NCBI GenBank assembly: GCA_965153455.1
Contig: OZ234494.1
Location: 1,860,001-1,924,000 of the forward strand
Reading direction: 5' to 3'
Source of the DNA: Sphagnum compactum
Taxonomy: Eukaryota
DNA: 64,000 nt
Position numbers and translations under genes: made by a program. Shown one piece after another: positions 13,601 to 27,715 of the stretch. The notes under the pieces are model-generated. The model did no database searches and was not told the origin of the DNA. It saw nothing but the letters and a program-made list of their open reading frames with translations. How positions within the stretch are numbered: the stretch's first letter is position 1; each line of letters starts with the position of its first letter.

Positions 13601-16600
13601 TGGATTCTTCATGTGCATTGATCACCTCCTTCCCTTTGCTCTGATGGTAAAGGTTCCACCTTCTCTCTGCAAAAGCAAACAAGATTGAGTACAGGACTCT
13701 CAAACCAAGGGTCATACCTTCATCTCTATGGCAGGCCTCTGACACCATCAGGGGCAGGTTAAAATAGTCACTCAAAAATAGATCCTAGATCTTATGGCTC
13801 TGTGTACATGATCTGGGCTATCTTCCTTTATTTTCATCAAATAATAGCTCACCTTCATAGGATACATGCAGACCCATTCTTTAAAATGTTAATGTGCCCT
13901 CCCAGGAGTAAAGGATATGGTGCTATTAATGTCTAGAAATAGACAAATCAGAAAAACAAGAAGACAAAGAAGGGGACTCATGAGGTTGTGTCCATTGAAA
14001 GGGTTGACTGGGGCTCTTATCACTGCTATCATATCCTTTTCAGTCATGGACCCTTCTTAGTAGTCACACACAGGGCAATCTAGTTGCCCACCAACTCTTT
14101 CTCTTTGGTGATTTGGCAACCCATATCCTCACAAACTGCAGGTGAACGGTTGTTCTAGTGAACCCTCATCATTTTCCAGTTGACTACAATGAGTAACACT
14201 TCATTTTTCCGCCTAGCAAAATTTAAATATATTTGATTGCAGAGAGAAACACCACGAAAAATAGGCAACCAAACTAGATCCATGAGAGTGTACAGTAAAC
14301 TCCTCCATTATATGTGAAGTAACCAAACAAATGTTGTGTCAGTTCTGGCCAAGCCAAAACAAGAATGAGTGTGTTCATAACTCTGTTAGTGTCACTCACA
14401 AAGTATCAGATCATCACTTTCATCATAAAAGATACAAGGCAGTAAATAGCAGCCATTACTCCCAACTGACTTCATCAACTTCAGATGTAAAATTCAGTGG
14501 GTGGAGATCAGTATGTAAAATTCTGCTAGCAAATAAGGCCACAATTATTAAAAACCCATCTTCTGAATTTCTGTTGCATTTTCTGAAGCAACAGTAAACA
14601 CTCATTGACCATGTCTGCCACTGAGATTGAAACCAAAACCTTGCAAGGTGACCATAAAGCACTAATCTAGAGGATATCAGATTGCTGCTCAAAACAAGGC
14701 ATGAGTACAAACCAGGTGATGAACTTTGACCTGAGAAGCCACTAACTTCACTTGCACTGCTGGCATGAGTGGTATCCCTCTCATCTTCCAAGCCCTGCAA
14801 AACCATGTCCTCTATTGGCACATGCTCAAACAATTTGTCTCTCAGCAACCATGAGGCATCCAGGGATCCTAGGCCAACCCCAACATTTGACAGGTAGTCC
14901 TCAGCCATCTCCTCACTGACATCAGAGCTGATTGGATCACTGTTACTTTCTTCTGACACACTGGAAGAGTCTTCTGACCCCCTGTATGCATTCCTACTCA
15001 ATCCAGAGGTCTGTTGAGACCAGTGCTTCTTTCTCTTCCAAGTTGTTTTGGGGCCAACATATCCTAATCCCCATTGAGCCTTCCCACTTGCTGAGTCAAG
15101 TGCCATATATACATCTTCCTCTTCATCTAGATGCTCATTTCCACATGTAGATCCTTGATCTGTCCATACCCTCACGCCCCCAATCCTCAAAAAGCCACTA
15201 CTAATCTTGCTGTTGGGAGTCCTTGAGTTGTGCATCTTCTTCTTCCTTTTATGCAAAACTGATGATGTTTTCCCACCTGCTGTCTTCTGCTCCAGCTGCA
15301 CTGAACTGTGGTGTCCTTGAGGGTCAACATTCATGGTCTCTACAGCAGCCACATCCTCATCTTTCTTAAATTTTACATTACTCTCCACAGCAAGGTTATC
15401 TGCTGCTGGCCCTAACTGCAACACTTCAGCCACAGATGTTAATTGGTCCTCCTCATCTGCAAACCCTAGTCCTCTTGTGCTCCTCATTTCTAGATCCAGA
15501 GTGTCTAACACCTGCAATGCCAACAGACAATGTACAGTTGACATAGATGTGTCACTAGAAGACTAAGTAGATCATTAAACAATCTTAATTCACTAGCAAA
15601 AGACATACCACCAATTCAAAGCATATAACACAGCTCTTGACATCATTGCCTTCAACAAACCTGCTCAAAAGATTTGGATCTATTGAAAACAATTAAATTC
15701 CTGACCAGATTAGCCAGTCAACAGAGAGACCTGCAGCCAGGTTGCAGAGATGCAACTGAGATAAGCTTGTCATATTAAAAGGAAACAATGGCACACCTCA
15801 AGGCATGGTCGCCGGTCCATCACAACTTCTGCACGATCTCGTGCAGCAGGGACAACTACCTCAACTTCACCACCTGCTTGTGCCTCCTCCCTTGCTACAG
15901 AAACATAAGCACTCTGCACACAAAGGCACCACTGATTGTTTACTTGAGAAATATATTAAGAGAAACAACTAAACATACAAAAGGGATGCAGCTCCTCAGA
16001 GGAAAAAGACTTTGTTAATAGGCTATTGCAATATTCCATGTCAGCTTGGTGTTAGTTTCTTAGATATTAAATACATAAAGAACATGGTGATCAGAGAGTG
16101 GTGCAATCACTGTGGCCCCTCCCCAACATCGGCAATCAACCTGGACTATACACGTTAGATCTCATGTGATTTCAATGTTGTTTACATTTAATGGCAATAG
16201 ACTGCTCTTACACATTGGTGATATGGAATAGAACATTCTATGTCACTAGTTTGATTGAAAACAGATTGTTGCTTCAGAAAGAGACAGAAAACATACAAAA
16301 GTGGCATTGCCTTCACTTCTTGCATAATCTCTGTCTCCATAAGAGTAGCCCACAGAAGTGAAGGTGTTCTGGGCAGGCCTGGCAATTGGGTGCTTCCTCT
16401 TTGACACTGGCCTACCATTGCTGGTCTGCTGCCTTCCAGAAGCACTGCCATTAACACCTCCCTGTGTCCTGCCCTTTCTGCTGTTCACTGAAAACAGCCA
16501 AAGAATTGAACCTAATGACAAGTTGGAAAAAACTACAATACAGAAACAGATCTATAGCAACTTGAGTAAAAAGGGTATTCAATATGTCAAACAGAAATTG

Positions 16601-17477
16601 CATGATAGCACGTGTATCCCGTGCACACCAAAACTGCTTTTGTGCAAACGCACAACAGATTGTTTCATTGCTGTGCAATTTGAGACCCTTCCATAATCCA
16701 ATTTCACAGTGCATCTGTTATGAATGCCTGGCCATCATCCACCTTCATTCCTACCTTCCTCCGTATCTTAATGTGTTAAAGGCACCTTTACAACTGCAGA
16801 AATCCCTAGGAAAACTCAGAGCTGGAGCTTTTGTCCACCAGGCAACACAACCCTCCAACTCTGTGCGAGTTTGTCTGAAATATCTTTTCGCTGGGAGCAC
16901 ACTTTTGAGTTTATCACCCCACCTCTCTTATATGTCTGGAGCTATACAAGACTTACCAGAAGCCAAATTGGGTGTGGCCTCCCAGTCACCCAGAGCCCCT
17001 CCTCCAACAAATCCATTCTGCCTTGCCCCCCCATTTCCTAAAACCAAAACAAAAGACAAATCACCAATCTTGCACAGGAGAGTCAGTCAACCTCCTTCCC
17101 TAATCGACATCACAGAACTTGCAATCTATATTAAGACGACATTCCACTGCTCCGAGAACACCTGTTATTAATATGTTGGAATCAGCCAGGATTCAAGACG
17201 CCTCTAGATCTATAGCCCATCAAAAAAATTCGTTCTACCAAGGAAAGAAATTGTTTCAAAGGCTATTCACAAGCAAGCATCCGCATAAGCTAGTCCAAAG
17301 CTGAAGGAAGGAACGCTAAAGCCAATGACTATGGACCTGCTTGAGCATAAACCCGCGCATAAACCTAAAGCTGAAATTATTACCGTGTCGTGCCTGCCCA
17401 CTGCCTCCAGAAGTTTGATCCCTCCCTCCTTGTCTACCCCTCCCTCCACCCCTTCCCCTTCCCCTTCCTCGCACCAT
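10613..17477 (-). CDS. R3H- and G-patch-domain protein (At3g09850/Sqs1-like RNA-processing factor), multi-exon
   Basis: ATG at 17477 (MVRGRGRGRGGG, RGG-rich; exon 1 is 17477-17384). Exon ~17037-16956 has FVGGGALGDW. Acidic exons at ~15510-14713 and ~13670-13385. Exon ~12526-12433 has GEKKRQRKEQIAAKR. The R3H motif spans exons ~12205-12130 and ~11860-11800 (DRDRAQ/IHKLASIYRLKSSSQGSGKRR). C-terminal G-patch [40 protein letters not shown] ends at TAA 10613. Internal exon boundaries are approximate. Confidence 0.88.
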
Positions 17478-18411
17478 CCTAACTTCCTCTCTCCCCCTCT
17501 TTCGTTCTTGTTGCAAGCTTCTCAGTCTCTCACCCAAAGCGTACGTGTTGAGGTTCAAACGTTGACACTAGTCCGAAAGCACCAGCAAACCTACATACAA
17601 AAGACAGGTAACGACTACAAATTAGACGGAAACCGTGCACTATCTAGCAGCAGTCACTAACGGCAACGACGCAGGTGACCACAGATTCGGTGGCGCCGGA
17701 CTAGTTTGCAAAACAACCACTGAAGCAAGAAAAAGGATGGAAGCCTGTGACGCTCAAATTAAGAAACTCATTGGAAAATCTCGGACTCTCTGCGCATGCC
17801 GTTGATTTTCGCGCTAAGCCCTAAAAAGGACATGGATGGACTTCCTGTGTAGTGTGAGAGATCAGATCGCATCACGATATTGTCTATCACGACGACACGA
17901 TACGCAACACCGGACAATGAAAACAGAGGCCTAATGGCTCGAGACTAACCGTCATGTAGACAACACGATCGGAAACCCAAACCCACACTTCGCTTGCGAA
18001 AGAAATGTGTCTGCATCTGGGTGCAAAAAGTTGGCTGCATTCTACGGTGATGGTGGGTAAGGATGACAATCATCCAGCACGGAGTGCTCAAGGCTGCACA
18101 ACACCGCAATCATCAGTCTAGGCGTTTTGCAAGCAAGAGAAAAGCCCGACCAGTATGCACGGGACGGATCGGGCTAGCAATTGGTGGTTTCTCGTTGGCG
18201 TTTTGTGATCTTGTTGGTGTTCATAAGGATATCTGACTTGTGGAGGGAGGAGGTGACGATTACAAGCTTTCTCTTAAGTGGGTTTGCTGCACTTGTTGGA
18301 TTTTAAAAAGATACTGCAACAAAAAGTTCGTATCAGAGAGGCTTGGAACAACGGAAAGTATCCAGTAAAAAGATTTGCGCCAAGAAACAGCTAGTGGTTA
18401 GTCCTCCAGAT

Positions 18412-20436
18412 ATGAAGGCGGTGACAGTGGCCACAAGAAAATGGCCACTCCGAGCAACTAAACCCTTCTTTTCCTTTAGGAGAAGCTTGCAATTAGAGAG
18501 CTATGGAGTATTCCATGTAGTCAATCCTTCAACTGCCCAAGTGATTGCTGAGCTTCCTGTGGATAGTCCTGCATCCGTGGATGCCAAATTCCAAGCTCTT
18601 GAAGCAGGGCAGAAGCAATGGCAAGCAACTGGAATCGTGGAGCGTCGATCAGCCCTGGAGCGGTTCAACGAGCTGCTCCGCCGCAACGTTCCTGCGCTTG
18701 CGAAGACTTTGACGCTGGAGACCGGGAAGCCGATCTCGCAGGCCAAGAATGAGGTTCGCGCCACGGTCGACAGGGTGCGATTCTACCTCGAGAATTGCGA
18801 GCAAGTGTTGCAGGAGCAGACTGTGTTGCAAACGAATGTGCTGCAGGAGAAGCTTCTGTATGAACCTCTCGGCGTCGTGGCCAACATCTCGGCCTGGAAC
18901 TACCCCTACTTCGTCTCCGCGAACGTGTTTGCTGCCGCGCTCCTGACTGGCAATACCGTTCTCTACAAGCCCAGTGAGCATGCTTCTCTCACGGGTTTGG
19001 AGATTGCAAAGCTCTTGTACGAAGCCGGGGTTCCAAAAGACGTTTTCATTGTAACCACGGGCAAGGGCGAGACGGGTGCTGCGGTTGCGTCCCTCAAGGG
19101 ACTTGGAGGGTTGTTCTTCACTGGCTCGCACAAGACAGGGGTGGAGATCGCCAAGCAAGCGGCAGGCAACCTCGTGAAGGTGCAACTGGAGCTCGGAGGC
19201 AAAGATCCCGTGTATGTTCGGAGCGATATACCCAATGTGGCAGCAGCGGCTGCCTCCATTGCTGATGGAGCTTTCTACAACTGCGGCCAAAGCTGTTGCT
19301 CTGTGGAGAGAGTGTACGTCGACAGGGCAATCTATGGGGAGTTTGTGGAGCATTTTATTACGACTGTGAAAGGGTTCAAAGTTGGAGATCCTCTAAAATC
19401 AGACACTTATATCGGACCTGTGGCCAGGCAGCCTCAGCTCTCTTTCCTTGCCTCTCAGGTGAAGTCCATCCTGAATTTCACTGTTGCACCCCACAATGCT
19501 GCAATACTAGTTTTGCAGCTCCTAATGAAGGATCACACTGCCAGCCTATTGTAGGAAATGCAACAATGAGCTCTTTTTCTCATCTTTCTATTCCTTGTGC
19601 TATGTTATACTCTTCACATGTTCTATCCTGGATTTTGTCAAAAAATACCTTTGTAGTCCTGTCTTCTCTATCTGTGATGAGATTTGTTCTACTTCTTCGC
19701 ATGGCAGATAAAATGTATTGTGATGTTATATGCGGGAATTAAGTCCATCCTTACAACCCAAGTAGCACAGCAAAGTCTCTCTCTATGTCTGTCTTTATAT
19801 GCACACTCAGATCCTTGGTAGTAATGCTAACACTAATTTAGATTTTGGTTGTTAGAGTTTCAAATTGCATATTTCATCCTCAAAAGTCCTTTCTATGTCT
19901 GCCTTCTGTTAGTTAGTGTCTAAACCTGATTTTCAACATTGAGATCAACATAGGTTGCTGCCTGCAACAGAGAATTCTATTAAAATCGATCTTCGTTTGT
20001 GCAGGTGAATGATGCAGTTGAGAAAGGGGCAAAAATGGTGAGTAATCTTGGTTTAGATATCAATACAGATGGTTTCTACTTCCCACCCACTGTTCTGTCT
20101 GATGTAAATCACACAATGGATGTGATGCGGGAAGAATCATTTGGGCCAGTAATTGGCATTCAATCAGTGGATGGAGATTTGGAGGCTCTGAATTTAATGA
20201 GAGACACGCCTTATGGGCTTACTGCCAGTGTCTTCTGCAAGCATAGTGCAGATGCTGAGCAAATTCTTCGTGAGCTTCAAGTGGGAACTGGTTACTGGAA
20301 CTGTTGTGATCGGGTGTCACCTCGGCTACCATGGTCAGGCCGTAAGGGGTCAGGTCTAGGAGTTACTCTTGGCTTAGATGGTATCAGGGCTTTTGTTCAA
20401 CCAAAAGGAATCCTCCTCCAGAATCCAGCAACATGA
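18412..20436 (+). CDS. Aldehyde dehydrogenase, probably ALDH23 family; two exons, 492 aa
   Basis: Exon 1 is 18412-19458 (CAG|GTGAAG) and exon 2 is 20005-20436 (TGCAG|GTG); the join is phase 0. Motifs WNYP, KPSE, FTGS, ELGGKDP (catalytic Glu), NCGQSCCS (catalytic Cys), EESFGP. Basic N-terminus lacking acidic residues resembles a mitochondrial presequence. The family assignment is from recollection, not a search. Confidence 0.92.
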
Positions 20437-21430
20437 GGAAGGTTGATCGGGTTAGCAGATGAAGCAGTGTCTCACATATATGCATATTATACACATGGAA
20501 TGGCTCAGTAAAGTACATTCAAGGAGGACAAGGATTGATGATGTTTGACATGTGGTACACTTCAAGCTTAAAAGAGTCCAGAGGGTATTGTTTTCTAACG
20601 ACCTGCTACAACTAACAAACAGCCACTCTGGAAACTGTGTTGTTGTGGAATTTCCTCTGCAAATCTCATGGATATGTTTTTAGGTAACTTCTAAGTGTTT
20701 ACTGTGAGGAAAACGCCCAAAATGCCTGCTTGATTTCACCAAGGATGTAACTGTACAAAATGTACAATGTACAATGTAACTGTACAATGAGGAGAGGTCA
20801 TTTAAATCATGTTTTGCAGATACCAACATTCGATGTCCTAGGCTACAATTCTCTGTCACCAGATGTTCTCAAGGTTCTGTGAATACCATTTTGTATTACA
20901 CACCTGAATGCTAGTTGTCACTGGCTGGATCAAAGAGTAAAAATATTTGGGGGCGGAAACCAAATTCAGTACAGTTCAGAAGTGATGAGATTTCATTGAC
21001 TCTAGGCATCTTCATGAATCCGATACCTTGGACTGGGTGATGACAGCACCTATTGAGCTTGATTTGAGTCAATATTATGCTCTACATTTTGCTCAAATCA
21101 AAGTAGCTCCATATTTCAAGTGCAAAATGATGTCACCTTTTTTGATCCTTTTTTTGCTTGAATGGCATCACGTAACCAAAACACTCATGTATGTAGCTTT
21201 CATGGTTTATCAGTCACTGGAGATACTATTCAAATGCTGTTTGTGTGGGGTGGATCTGTCCAGAATCAGATCTATAGGGTCTTCACATTTTTCAATAAAG
21301 AAAGATCTTCCTCTCCTTCCATTTCTTGTTCCCTTGCCCACTTGCTCACTTTGGGGGGGGAGGGGCAGGGGCAACATATGTCAAGGGAAAGAGGGGAGGA
21401 GGAGAGGATAATTGAGGCAGATGAAAAGCA

Positions 21431-24400
21431 TCAAGTTGGGGGGAAGAACTTATTGAGGCCTAATGGCAATCTGTAAAACTCAAGGTTACGCGGGTCAGAC
21501 CCAAAGTTCCGGAACTTGTCCCACCAGAGCAGTCCACGGTCCTTTCGCGATGCCTTGAGGGAGTTGTCAAGTGTCACCGCAACAATCATTGCTACTGTTG
21601 CACTTGATGAAAATGTCACATTGATTATGTCATCAAACTGTCCTTGTCCAAAACAAACATGCAACAAACACATTCGGCACCCACCCCAAAACAGATGCAA
21701 AAACTTCAGACAGGTTCTACATTTTCAGGATGTTTCTCATCCTTGTAGAAGTAGAGTTAGCTCACTGTCTTGGTTTTTAACTGCAGAATTGTAACAATAT
21801 CTAACACAACAAGCTTGGGAGATAACTTGCACTATCATTACCCATCATTGATGTCCTTTCTTCTAAAACATTAAGGCATGTGCATCAATGTGATAAGAAA
21901 GGCTAGGGATTCATGCTCCAACAAGAACCCTTATCCCAAATTCAAAACTGCATGTCTGAAAAGTCAGGAAACAAACAATACATAGATGCAAACTACATAA
22001 GTAAACTGACTTTGGGAGTAACTGGGTTGAAAGGTTGAAACAATCCAACATGGGAACACTTCCGAATCAGTTAAGTAAAACTTGGTCAGCATGTTATCAG
22101 TTAAATCTTTTGCCCTGCCTGCCCAAATCCTGCTTGTAGTACTCAAACACATCTGGTCAAAATGCAGTGAACACATCCAAATACATTGACCAAGAGTAAT
22201 CTAAGACAAGAATCATGCGTTGGTGAATTAGAAAGGTGGACAATAACATACCCAATGAGCTTGTGTATGAGCAGGGCCATGTCCTGCTGAAATTGTGTAC
22301 TCTCTGAAATACTGTGGAACTGAAAGTGCCATGAACAATGAAAACCCAACTACAAAAATGTTCCGCTGTGAATTCATGTTCAAAAACTGCAGACATGAAA
22401 TTCCGGTTGACCCTGCCATGATTGCAACATAGAGCCTTTCATCAGGATTTGTCATAGAAGAGACTTCAAAATGAAAATTTGGGGGCAAGAAGGCTTCTTG
22501 TGCATATAGCATAAAGAATGAGCTCTTGGTGCATACCGAAGTATGCGAATAGGATGCAGAAAATAGCTGCTACCATGGGTTGAGGCACAGATGCAAAAAT
22601 GCCACCAAATTTGCCTGCAAATACACTGCAGGCATCAGTTTGAGCCAATCCTGCAGACAGAAAAGAGTTTAGAACCTGAAGCAGGTAACTAGAGGTCACC
22701 ACACACAAGATCAGATACACATGGTCATCTCTGGAAAATGTACTGTTGTCATCTCTAAAGAGTAGCTATATCTCAAGAAAAGGCATAAGCTAGAGTTGCA
22801 GGAAATGGTTTCAAACTTTCCTCTTCAGGACTTCTATCCTCACAACTGTTCTGGAAACCAAAGGATTACTCGTGATTACAACCATTTGTTACTGACTTGC
22901 ATGATTTATTAGACCAGAGGTCCAAAAGTTTGTTCATCCTCTCGTTCCAAAACCCAGGGTGAGAGCCATAACCTGTGAACTCTCAGAGATAATCTTGTCA
23001 CTTATGTGAAATCTAGTCTTGACTTCAAGAGTGCAGTAACAAACCAAGAATAGAGCAAAAGAGCATAAATCCTGCTGCAATTTGCACCACTCGGCGACTT
23101 CCAACTCTTGTGATCCCTATGAGTCCTATATTCTCTCTGGAACCCACCATAACCCAATGATTGGAAATTGGACTATCACTGATTTTGACATGTCTAGGGC
23201 TGATACCATCTGAAATACACAAACAATAGCTTGAAGAACTTTTGTGGCCAATAAACTACAACTTAAAGTCAGATGTAAGGGTCTTTATCAATCACTGCTT
23301 ATGAGCTTAACAAAACAGATATTGGAAATAGTTTTGTTACTGAAGTAATTAGTAATGGCAAAACTCTATAGAAGGGTGTGCTGCTTGTGCTTACACTGAT
23401 ACTGTAGACCCTGCTGCTGTGCCAAACATGCCATCCAGCAAAATTCCAAGTCCCTGTCACAAACAGGACTATTCTATAAAAAAGTCTTTGAAATGTGAAA
23501 CTGGACATAGGATTCCCAGTGAAACACAAAAAATCATCTGTTGACACTAAAAAAGATGCAAAAAGACCAAGCCATGTAAGGACTTGAGGCTGATTGATAT
23601 CTTCTGGAAAGTATTTTTGAACTCTGATACAGGAAGAAGAGCCATCCCAAAACATGGAGGCAGTACCTCCCAGCCAATGCCTCGGCTAATGACATAAGGT
23701 GGAGGTGGAGTGGCTCCCGAAAGACGTGACACTGCATAATATTCACCTGTTGACTGCCAAAACCATAATTTGGCAAAAATGTTTACAGAATATGTTATGA
23801 GATGGTATCGATACAGGTAAACATTAGATGTTTATGGAATCTCCAACTGAGTGTGCAAGAGAACTTACCTCAATCAAAGTTGCCAGTGCTCCAGCAATGA
23901 TCCCAAATGCATGACGTGCATCAAAAGTTGGAGCTCCCCATTGAAGAGGCCATGGTACACGTATCCTGCAGAGAAAAATATTCAATGATATCATAGATAT
24001 CACAGATATCACAAACGCCTTTCCTTGTTTCCCCTTCTATGCAGTGCCTTTTATAACTGCTGCCAAGTTTTCCTGACCTGCCTCCCCCTCTCCCCTAACC
24101 AAGTGGTGGGATCCATTCCATGAAATCACCTCACATTTACTATGAATCAGTGATCTCTGCTTGGCTGCTGGGGATACAAAGTTCTGCTACTGAGTTCATA
24201 TGGTTTTCACCAAGTTGAATCAGCATTACAGACTACAGTGTATTTCACCTGGATCTGGATGGAAGTTCAGTGTCACCCTCTCCAGATTTGGCTGACAGTC
24301 ACAACTATGCTTACAATTTGAGGCAGAAAGAACACACCTGAGATAAATTTTTACTGGGTTAATGGGTTGTTTAGATACAATGAGTTGACTCACAGAGAGC

Positions 24401-27400
24401 CAACTGCTTTCATCAGCTCCTGGTAACAGACATTGGTCACTGTATGACATCTGACCATTATCACTAGAAAAAAGCAGTGCAAATTGAGAAAGTAGAAAAG
24501 AAAACACCAATATGCAGGAAACCAGAGACAACTATGAAAGAATGGGACTGTTGAATGATGAGGACAAACAAGGAAGATAAACAAGGTGTAGAAAATTCAT
24601 GATATCCCCATGAAAGGATTTCTCCTATCTGTCATGCTGCTCTGTTTTGCTTTGCATGGGAGCAGGAAAGCAAGCAGGCATCATGTAGTCATTGACATGC
24701 AACTGTCCTGTACCTACAGATGCCCCTTGACAGGTGTGAGGCAAAAGAGACATGCCGAAACAGGGAAAGAGGTTCTCAAGAGATTACCAGGGTGATGTGC
24801 CAATGATGTTGGACCAATCAGTTCGACAATGCATCTTTCCTTTCAAAGTTGCATGCTGATAGGCTCCACTCATTGTCATCAGATGAGCATATGGCCAAAC
24901 AACAGCAATACCCAGTATGACTGGAAACAGCTCAAAAATTGGTCTTTCTCGGACCTTCATGTGCTTCACATACTGCATGAAGAAATGAGAAGAAAAGACT
25001 GCATGTGTGCATGAGAGAGATTGTAGGATAACAAGTCATTAATGTAGAAATCTAGCAACATAATAATACAGGAAATTTTGGAACTTAGAGACCTTTCCAT
25101 GCAGCAGGAATATGTCAGTTTGAACAAATGAGAGAACAATGATTCAAGTGGAGTAGTACAAACACACTGCTACAGCATAAGTAAACTAATGGCTTGAATT
25201 CTGATCTTGATTACACAGTGACCATCACCTGGGAAAACAAGATGATAACAAACATCTGTGGAAGCCCAATCTCAATGCATTTACCAACCTGCAATAAGAT
25301 GTCAACTGCAATTCCATGAAATGCTTATGTTTACCTCATATCAAGCATCCTTCAAGAAACTTCTGAACCACCATGAACCAACATGATATTCTCATGAGTA
25401 AGACCTTTTTCCCAAGGAGCCTTACACCCCTTTTGGCATACTACTTGCATACATGGAAGAATAGACAGATGCATGTACAGGCCTTGGAGCTATCTGCCTT
25501 TCCTTCTTAAAAGAGCTTCCAAAAATCACACTTTCTCTGTCTCTTAAGAAGTTGCAACGACACAGGTTTTGGAAGCTGCAATGATACTGGTTTAGGAAGT
25601 TGCAATGAGACAGTGATTTTCAATGTCGAGAGCTGCAGGAATTTGGAAGTAAATACTTACACCAGGAAAGCCATATTCAAAGTGACCAAACCCAACCATG
25701 ATTATTGTGGGAGCAATCACAACTGGACTGATAAATCTGCAAGTAGAAGTATGCACAATCAAAGGACATCATAAGTTAGACACCAGCATCTAACAAGTTT
25801 CAATAAGAGACATGTAGAGATGGGAAAAACTTCTGTTGCTACAAAGTGACACTTGCAGCTCATACTTGGTAATGTGTGCAAAAATACCATCTTATTTGAT
25901 AGTAAGCAAATGCAACTAAGATTCAGAAGGCTGCAAGCACTTAGAATTAACAGAGAAGGCCTTTCGGCAGAGATACCTGGTGAGGATGCCCCATAACCCA
26001 CTGAAGCCAAGCACAATGTGCAGAATGGACGATGCAATAATTGCTCCTTGAACAGCACGCATGGTGGCATTAAACCTCTGCCCATTTTGTGCAACATGTC
26101 AAGGAAAGAAAGGGACAACATCAGATAAACACTCTTCCACAACAGCATCTTAGTCTTAGGCCAAAAATTTTAAGAGAAACAGATCTTCATGCAGGAACAT
26201 CTCTCATTAACCTATGACAGGATAGTTCCAAGCTGAACTTGGTTGGGGACCAATAAGAGGGATGGTACATCATGATCGTTAGCAATGATTAGCAGAGACT
26301 CTGAGTTGATGATGTTGATCGTGGGGATAATGAAGGCAAAGGATCCCCCCACTACAGTTGGCAGCCGAGTTCCAAATGTGGTCTGGAACAATGTGCTGAG
26401 GCCCGAGACAAACAAAATGGTCTGAATTACCCTCGACTTGTCAGCCTGCCATCTCAATCACTAGTCAGAAGCAGCCATATAAAAAGTACATATTGTTCAC
26501 GAGAATCTAATCTTCTGTGTCCACCAGACTAAGGAGCATAGAACACAGAATTGCAAGATAGATCCAGTTCAGAGAGATGGTGGAGAACAGAGAGAAAAGA
26601 TGTAAAACTTACGTCATCTCCTCCCATCATCGGAACCAGGAGGCTGGGAATCATTACAGATGAGCCAAGCACGGTCAGATAGTGCTGGAAACCAAGAGCG
26701 ATCGCCTCCGCTGTGCAGCATATCGCAAGTTTAAAACAGTATCTAACCACATCCTTTGGCAGATTCTAACGATCATGACCACTTGGAACGCTAAAGGTTC
26801 ACTACACACAGAGGGAAGTCGAGGCAGAGTAAGAACATTTAGCAGAAAAAGATAGCTTCTCTTGAAGGTCTACACTCCCATGAACAGTCAATTCGTGCTC
26901 ATCATCTCAATCACATCCTGTCAAATGCCCAAGAAGTGATGATGCATTCCTCGCAGTGAACTTACAACGCTTTGAGATCGGCCTAAAGAACTAATGCTAC
27001 CAGGTTAGAGCACACAGGTTATAAAATCACGCTGCCACTATCTCATCAAAGGTGCAACCGGAATGACGGCTGCTGGGAGTGAGAGCAGACTCCCAGCAGC
27101 CACCCGACAAAAACTTTTTGAAATCGGTTTGCAAAATAGTAACCAGGATGCTCATTTGCAGAAGAATGGACGATTGTCACAACCTAGCACTGGTGAGGTC
27201 ACGTAATTTTCTCACTTGCCGGAAGGTGTGGAAACTAAGCATTCCCTCAAATGGATAGTCACAATCATCCACAGCAAGGTTAGACACCGATGGACAGTGG
27301 CCTACGTGAAGGAGACTGATTAATTCAAGTGCTTCAAATTTCCAGTGTCTGCCAATTTTCTGAACTCTGCATCATGTCAGTGCGTGAAAAGGGAATCACA

Positions 27401-27715
27401 TCGAAGGATTTTAATTTAGTCCATGCTTGCTGGTGATCGAGTGATCGAGTTGCATTTATTCAAGTTAAGGCATTCAGTGCAGCGTAAGTGTAAGAATTTA
27501 AACGCGGAACCTATACACCATTAGGGGAGAAAGCAAAGAGCTATGTACATACGCCAAGGCGGGTTGTCATTGATGCAATACTTGAGTTCAGGAAGCTGCT
27601 CTTGACAAGGATGGTTAAGATCTTCGGGCTTCGGCTGTCCAGGCTGTCCGAGGGGTGTCTGCAGCGAGCCCGGCATGGCGGCTGCTGCTGCTTGCGGCAG
27701 CGGACCCCCCGCCAT
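21431..27715 (-). CDS. Nucleobase-ascorbate transporter (NAT/NCS2 family), about 14 exons
   Basis: Start MAGG at 27715 (or ATG 27730). Exons encode LKYCINDNPPW, EAIALGFQHYLTVLGSSV (TM1 QH), VSGLSTLFQTTFGTRLP, PWPLQWGAPTF, SRLSGATPPPPYVISRGIGW, the NAT signature ENIGLIGITRVGSRR (~23095-23138), KFGGIFASVPQP, FLNMNSQRN, and LWWDKFRNF...FYRLPLGLNKFFPPT* ending at 21431. GT-AG boundaries are visible for most exons. Confidence 0.95.
27068..27101. repeat. Perfect 13-bp GC-rich inverted repeat (hairpin) in NAT intron 1
   Basis: GGCTGCTGGGAGT-gagagcag-ACTCCCAGCAGCC. Confidence 0.85.

Noticed and set aside
18501-19353. Minus-strand ORFs overlapping the ALDH, and similar ORFs overlapping the FLA gene
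   Set aside because: They are shadow frames of GC-rich coding sequence with no recognisable motifs.
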